IMG/VR virus record: IMGVR_UViG_3300017548_000187
Coordinates: 1 to 53,453 of that record
Length of the DNA: 53,453 nucleotides
Strand: one strand, 5' to 3'
Source of the DNA: a virus
Lineage: Duplodnaviria; Caudoviricetes
Shown here: piece after piece, positions 52,406-53,453 of the stretch
Position numbering within the stretch: the stretch's first letter is position 1
How the letters are laid out: each line of letters starts with the position of its first letter
Position numbers and translations under genes: made by a program
Notes under the pieces: generated by a model
Databases searched by the model: none
What the model saw: the letters and a program-made list of their open reading frames with translations, nothing else
What the model was told of the DNA's origin: nothing

Positions 52406-53071
52406 TTATTTTGGCTCCGGCGTGGCGACCAGCGCGTCGGCCGGGTAGGGCTGCAGGAAATCCCGGGTATCAGCTGCCGGCGCGGTCAGCCAGTCGTCGT
52501 AGGCGCCATCCGGCAGGATCACTACCATCCGCTTCTCGTCGTTGGGCCGGTGGTACTCGCGGAACAGCGGGTGGTGGTCGGCGTTGATGGTCAGCATGGT
52601 GTAGCTGAGCCGCCAGTTGCCGTCGGCGTCCTTGTGCTGATCCCACAGGCCTGCGATGCCCAGCGGCGCGCCGTCGGCTCTGGTGAACCTGGTCGCCACG
52701 GCCTTGCCCGAGCGCCAGTCCGGTTCATAGACAGCCTCGGCAGGCACGATGCACCGCTGACCCTTACGCCAGGCGTTGCTGAAGGTGAAGGACTTGTGGG
52801 CGGTTTCGGATCGCGCATTGAACGTCGACAGTTTCTCCGCCTTCGCCAGCCCGTCGGCGCGCGTCATGCCCGAAATCAACCCCCAGCGCCCGATCTCCAC
52901 CTCCCGCTCTGGGACGGCCTCATCCCCGGAATCCCATTCGGGCGGTCTTCTGACGAACTCCCCAAGGCGGCGCGGCCACATGTCCCAGTTTGGCGGCAGA
53001 GGAATGCCCCGGGTGCGGAAGTACTTCTCCAGCTGCTCGCGCTTTTTGATGCCTTGGTAGTGGCTGCACAT
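52406..53071 (-). CDS. SOS response-associated peptidase (SRAP/YedK/HMCES)
   Basis: Met-Cys2 start, WGL, NARSET, RC..PA, HRP..EKRM. Confidence 0.92.
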   Translation of the reverse strand: MCSHYQGIKKREQLEKYFRTRGIPLPPNWDMWPRRLGEFVRRPPEWDSGDEAVPEREVEIGRWGLISGMTRADGLAKAEKLSTFNARSETAHKSFTFSNAWRKGQRCIVPAEAVYEPDWRSGKAVATRFTRADGAPLGIAGLWDQHKDADGNWRLSYTMLTINADHHPLFREYHRPNDEKRMVVILPDGAYDDWLTAPAADTRDFLQPYPADALVATPEPK

Positions 53072-53093
53072 GCCAATCATCCTGGCTAGGAAC

Positions 53094-53453
53094 TTAATTA
53101 TCGCCCTTCCGCTTACTTTCCCAAATTTTTTGCAGCCGATCGGATAGCGACTTCTCTACACGAACTTTATATTGCTGGCCAACGGATGTGCCAAAAACGA
53201 AGTTCAGTCTTTCGAAATTAGCGGAATTTTCGGTGCCAGTGAACTTCTCCACCATCGAAGCCCACTGTTCAAATGGATGGCACCACCGAGCCTCTGCCCC
53301 ATCGTCAAGCACAACGGGCAGTGAGCTGGACAAACCATCGGCCTGATCGGTCATCTGGACGAAGTTCTTTTTACGTCGCCAACCGGTCACGTACTCCCAT
53401 CCGATGAACGTGACCTTTGCAGGACGGCGCCCGGTGTTTATTACCTCGAGCAT
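53094..53453 (-). CDS. Low-GC hypothetical protein, N-terminus probably outside window
   Basis: Open frame to the window edge. Confidence 0.55.
   Translation of the reverse strand: MLEVINTGRRPAKVTFIGWEYVTGWRRKKNFVQMTDQADGLSSSLPVVLDDGAEARWCHPFEQWASMVEKFTGTENSANFERLNFVFGTSVGQQYKVRVEKSLSDRLQKIWESKRKGDN

Larger units (their letters stand above)
1..53453. mobile_element. Lambdoid temperate phage/prophage (siphovirus type); ends not visible
   Basis: Complete canonical module order: recombination, cI/cro, replication, Q, terminase, portal, capsid, non-contractile tail, lysis. No integrase or att site in the window. Confidence 0.95.

Noticed and set aside
53094-53453. attR or prophage boundary
   Set aside because: No tRNA fragment, direct-repeat partner or host gene is visible in the window.

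Overview
The whole window is a high-GC, lambdoid, siphovirus-type temperate phage or prophage. The host is probably a Burkholderiales/Alcaligenaceae bacterium; this is inferred from gene content and GC, not shown. The left end, including any integrase or att site, lies outside the window. Gene order: (1) leftward early arm with mosaic ORFs, a C5 DNA methyltransferase, a Rad50-like ATPase, an RMF-domain protein, a RecT-like annealing protein and a PD-(D/E)XK exonuclease; (2) OL/PL, accessory membrane genes, and cI/OR/cro/cII; (3) rightward early arm with DUF1367, a Ref-like nuclease, an SNF2-helicase/N-methylase fusion, a ParB-like protein, a replication initiator with iterons, RusA and a Q-like protein; (4) pR'/tR' and morons; (5) terminase, portal, MuF, scaffold and capsid; (6) tail module with a -1 frameshift chaperone and two fibre modules; (7) an OafA O-acetyltransferase moron; (8) lysis cassette; (9) LexA-boxed genes and a SRAP peptidase. 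The most notable signal is a KpsS/KpsC-like (GT107/GT99-type) glycosyltransferase gene directly behind, and in frame with, a major capsid protein that ends in a Ser/Gly-rich extension. This is a candidate virion-glycosylation system in a proteobacterial phage. Also notable: a MuF head protein fused to an R-S-ExE ADP-ribosyltransferase with a candidate immunity gene, an RMF-like domain, and an AT-rich moron pairing a small protein with triple operators and a structured RNA. All family calls come from motif recognition by eye; no database searches were run.
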